NCBI GenBank assembly: GCA_020137815.1
Contig: CM035350.1
Location: 3,782,001 to 3,846,000, forward strand
DNA length: 64,000 bases
DNA from: Hormiphora californensis
Taxonomy: Eukaryota; Animalia; Ctenophora
Direction: 5' to 3'
The translations under genes and the position numbers were made by a program. The notes beneath the pieces are model-generated. The model was not told where the DNA came from. It saw only the letters and a list, made by a program, of their open reading frames with translations, and did no database searches. Shown here one piece after another: positions 61,498 to 64,000 of this stretch; the first letter of the stretch is position 1, and each line of letters starts with the position of its first letter.

Positions 61498-63543
61498 AGC
61501 TTCCTTCGTCACTGGAGGATGAGCTAGTATCTTCTTCTCTCCCTCTATCCTGACTTTCTTTTTCTTCTTCTTCTTCTTTTTTCTTATTGGTTTTAATCGC
61601 AGCTCCCACTTTCGGTGTCTGGTAAAGGAAGAAAGGAATATTTTGTGATAAAATGAAATCAGGAGAGGGGAGGGAGCGAGCGAGAGAGAAGAGAGAGAGA
61701 TAGCGAGAGAGAGTAGAGAGAGCGAGAGGAGGAGAGAGAGAAGAGCGAGGAGAGCAAAGAAGAGAGAGAGAGACTGGATGAGGAAAGAGATATCTATAGA
61801 CGTGTACCACGATGCAGAGCTGACCTGCTCGCCTGGCGCTCTCCGCACGTAGCTGGCCTCCCCTTCTCTTCTCCTTCTCCCCTCTCTCCTCTCTCTCTCT
61901 CTCTCCCTCTCTCTCTCCATAGTCCATACCTTGAGACTGTTACTCTCAATCAGCACACAAATGGTACAAATACAATTTTGTCTGGTTATCAACATTGTGT
62001 CAGTAAACTCCTGACTTGGCAACATCCTCAAGCACCGCTCACACCTGTAATTTAAGTGTGTTACAATTGCAGATTCTCTTCTTTTACAATTACAGATGGG
62101 AGTGATTTATAATGGCCCCTTTTGTGCAATACTAAGTTTATTAATTTGGTTGATTGGTTTTTCCACCTCCCGTTTTGACTATTCCCATGTTCCCCATTTA
62201 AACATGTACTGAGCCGAGTGTTAAAGTACAGCCAACAATTCTCTGCTTACCTAACACCTCCTAGAGGCTGGTCTGTAGTCATCTGGCAGACAACGTATTT
62301 CGGAGTTATATCATTGATCTCAAACTTATCATACGTTCTCTTCTCCTTCTCCATGTAGAGATTGTTGAACCGCTCGGAACTAACCCAGAATAGTTTATCC
62401 TTGTCAATGTCACCAAATGTAAAGTTCTTCCACAGGTAGATTAGGAACTTTTGGTGTTCCACAAGGTACTGAATGATGCTATCCGGGAGAGGGGATTATC
62501 AATTAATGACCATATATGGTGTTGCCTGAGTCCATACATGGAGATATTTCCTTACCTCTTGTCCACGCCGTTCTTTCGGACCCTCCAAGTTTTCTCATCA
62601 ATTTCATCACCCAAATGAGAGATAGATTGCTTTAGATCTTGCTTTATGTAGTATACTTCCATCTCGGCTCGAGTAAAGAGGAAGGTCTTCGCTATGGTAT
62701 CTTTCTCAATGCCGTTAACATTCTGGGATTCAGAGTTAGTTAGTATTCTAAAAACAAATCGTGTAGGATGGCCTGGGAACCCTAGTAGTACCGAGAAAGG
62801 TCAGCAAATATCACCATCTACTAATTTGTCTTCTGTAAAAGCTTACCGTCTTCTCATGTGGTAGAGTAGCAAATGTTTTAACTTTGCCCCGATTCATCAG
62901 TTCAATAATCCTCAAATCGAACATTCCTTTTAGCTCCACATTGTAAACGTGCTTTATACAATCCTTTACCTCTCGCACATCAAACATAACCTTTTCATTG
63001 TACGCCACCTCCAGGAATTCTTTCATTCCCTGTGATGAATTGCCTTGTTTGAACCTCTATCACCGGGTTAGAAAATAATAAGTCATGTTGTCATAGAGTT
63101 AGTGTAAACTGTAAAAGATGCGTTTTACAGTAAAACGCATCTTTTTTTAAAAGTTGAATCAGAAATTAGGACTTACTGGTTGCTCAGGATCACCTGTGTC
63201 TGCCCATAATTCGTCGCCCAGTGAGATCACATCAAATATAAAAGTAATCCCAAACCCATCAGTGACAGCAATTGCTCCAAGGAAACCTGATTGGGCATTA
63301 ATAAGTTACCTTATGATCTAAAAATAACGAAAAATGGTAAAATTTCGTTAATTCAATGTTTACGGTACGTTAATGTAATAAACTACATTTTTCAGGAAGA
63401 GAAGGATTCAGGACCTGAACAACATGTGGTGACAGTCATTTCCTACCTTTCCTTGAAATATTGGAACCACCGAATGAAACAAAGATCTCCCTCGTCAACT
63501 GTTTTACACGTGGTTTCATGTAGCTGAAACAGAGGTTAGTTTA

Positions 63544-63611
<68 letters not shown>

Positions 63612-63619
63612 CCCCCCCC

Positions 63620-63717
<98 letters not shown>

Positions 63718-63964
63718 CTTACTGGTTTATGTGGGCCATGGCTTTCCTCATCTCCTCTACCGTCGTTACCAAGGTTACCCCAGCGTAACTTCCATCCTCT
63801 AAATTAGGCTCAAATATCTCCAACTTTCGCTCTTCCTGATACTAATATGGATATTGTAATTGGTTCATTGGCTTGGAGATGACTCTTTTCGCGGGCTTTC
63901 ACCCACTGATAAAACCAAACAAACAAACCTCGACTTTCTTTTTCCTGGAGGTTCTCTTCTTCAT
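61496..63964 (-). CDS. EXD1/Egalitarian-like 3'-5' exonuclease-domain protein (~392 aa; may extend past the window edge)
   Basis: Phase-consistent exons 63964-63929, 63835-63723, 63523-63447, 63286-63177, 63056-62847, 62722-62556, 62478-62251, 62044-61930 and 61618-61496. Motifs NISRKG.L, FIFDVISLG, GMKEFLE...EKVMFDVREVKDCIKHVYNVELKGMFDLRI resemble the EXD1/Egl DEDDy fold; C-terminal CxxC...CxxC. Confidence 0.8.
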
Positions 63965-64000
63965 TCCTCCCACACTCCGTGTTCCTTGGGTCCCCGAGGT

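Noticed and set aside
63906-63928. Apparent 23-nt intron in the exonuclease-like gene
   Set aside because: That splice leads to a stop codon; the acceptor at 63836 keeps the frame.

Overview
Eukaryotic (animal) genomic DNA with short GT-AG introns, many (AG)n microsatellites, one 100-N gap and several homopolymer-garbled low-quality tracts. A spliced-leader-like 43-mer points to a ctenophore (inference from recalled SL sequences). Four multi-exon genes could be hand-assembled with phase-consistent splice junctions: a PDE1-type phosphodiesterase (+, ~39.7-44.1 kb), a LARP4-like protein (-, 48.4-54.0 kb), an enlarged FABP-like protein (+, 59.3-60.5 kb) and an EXD1/Egalitarian-like pseudo-exonuclease (-, 61.5-64 kb). 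Two retroelements look intact: a CR1-clade LINE (7573-12120) nested in a Merlin-like foldback element, and a GalEa-like Ty1/copia (33089-38385) with matching 331-bp LTRs. Many MITE and foldback families are also present. Top finding: the LINE has essentially no 5' UTR or promoter. It begins with a spliced-leader-like exon ending in AG 11 nt before ORF1, suggesting a retrotransposon that gets, and could regenerate, its capped 5' end by host trans-splicing. Its ORF2 has no AUG before the endonuclease domain and overlaps ORF1 in the -1 frame across a G_GAU_UUU slippery site, suggesting programmed frameshifting. Also notable are a modular TIR element seen in empty, one-cassette and two-cassette states, and two ~70-bp mini-element families with shared termini and directly repeated quasi-palindromes.
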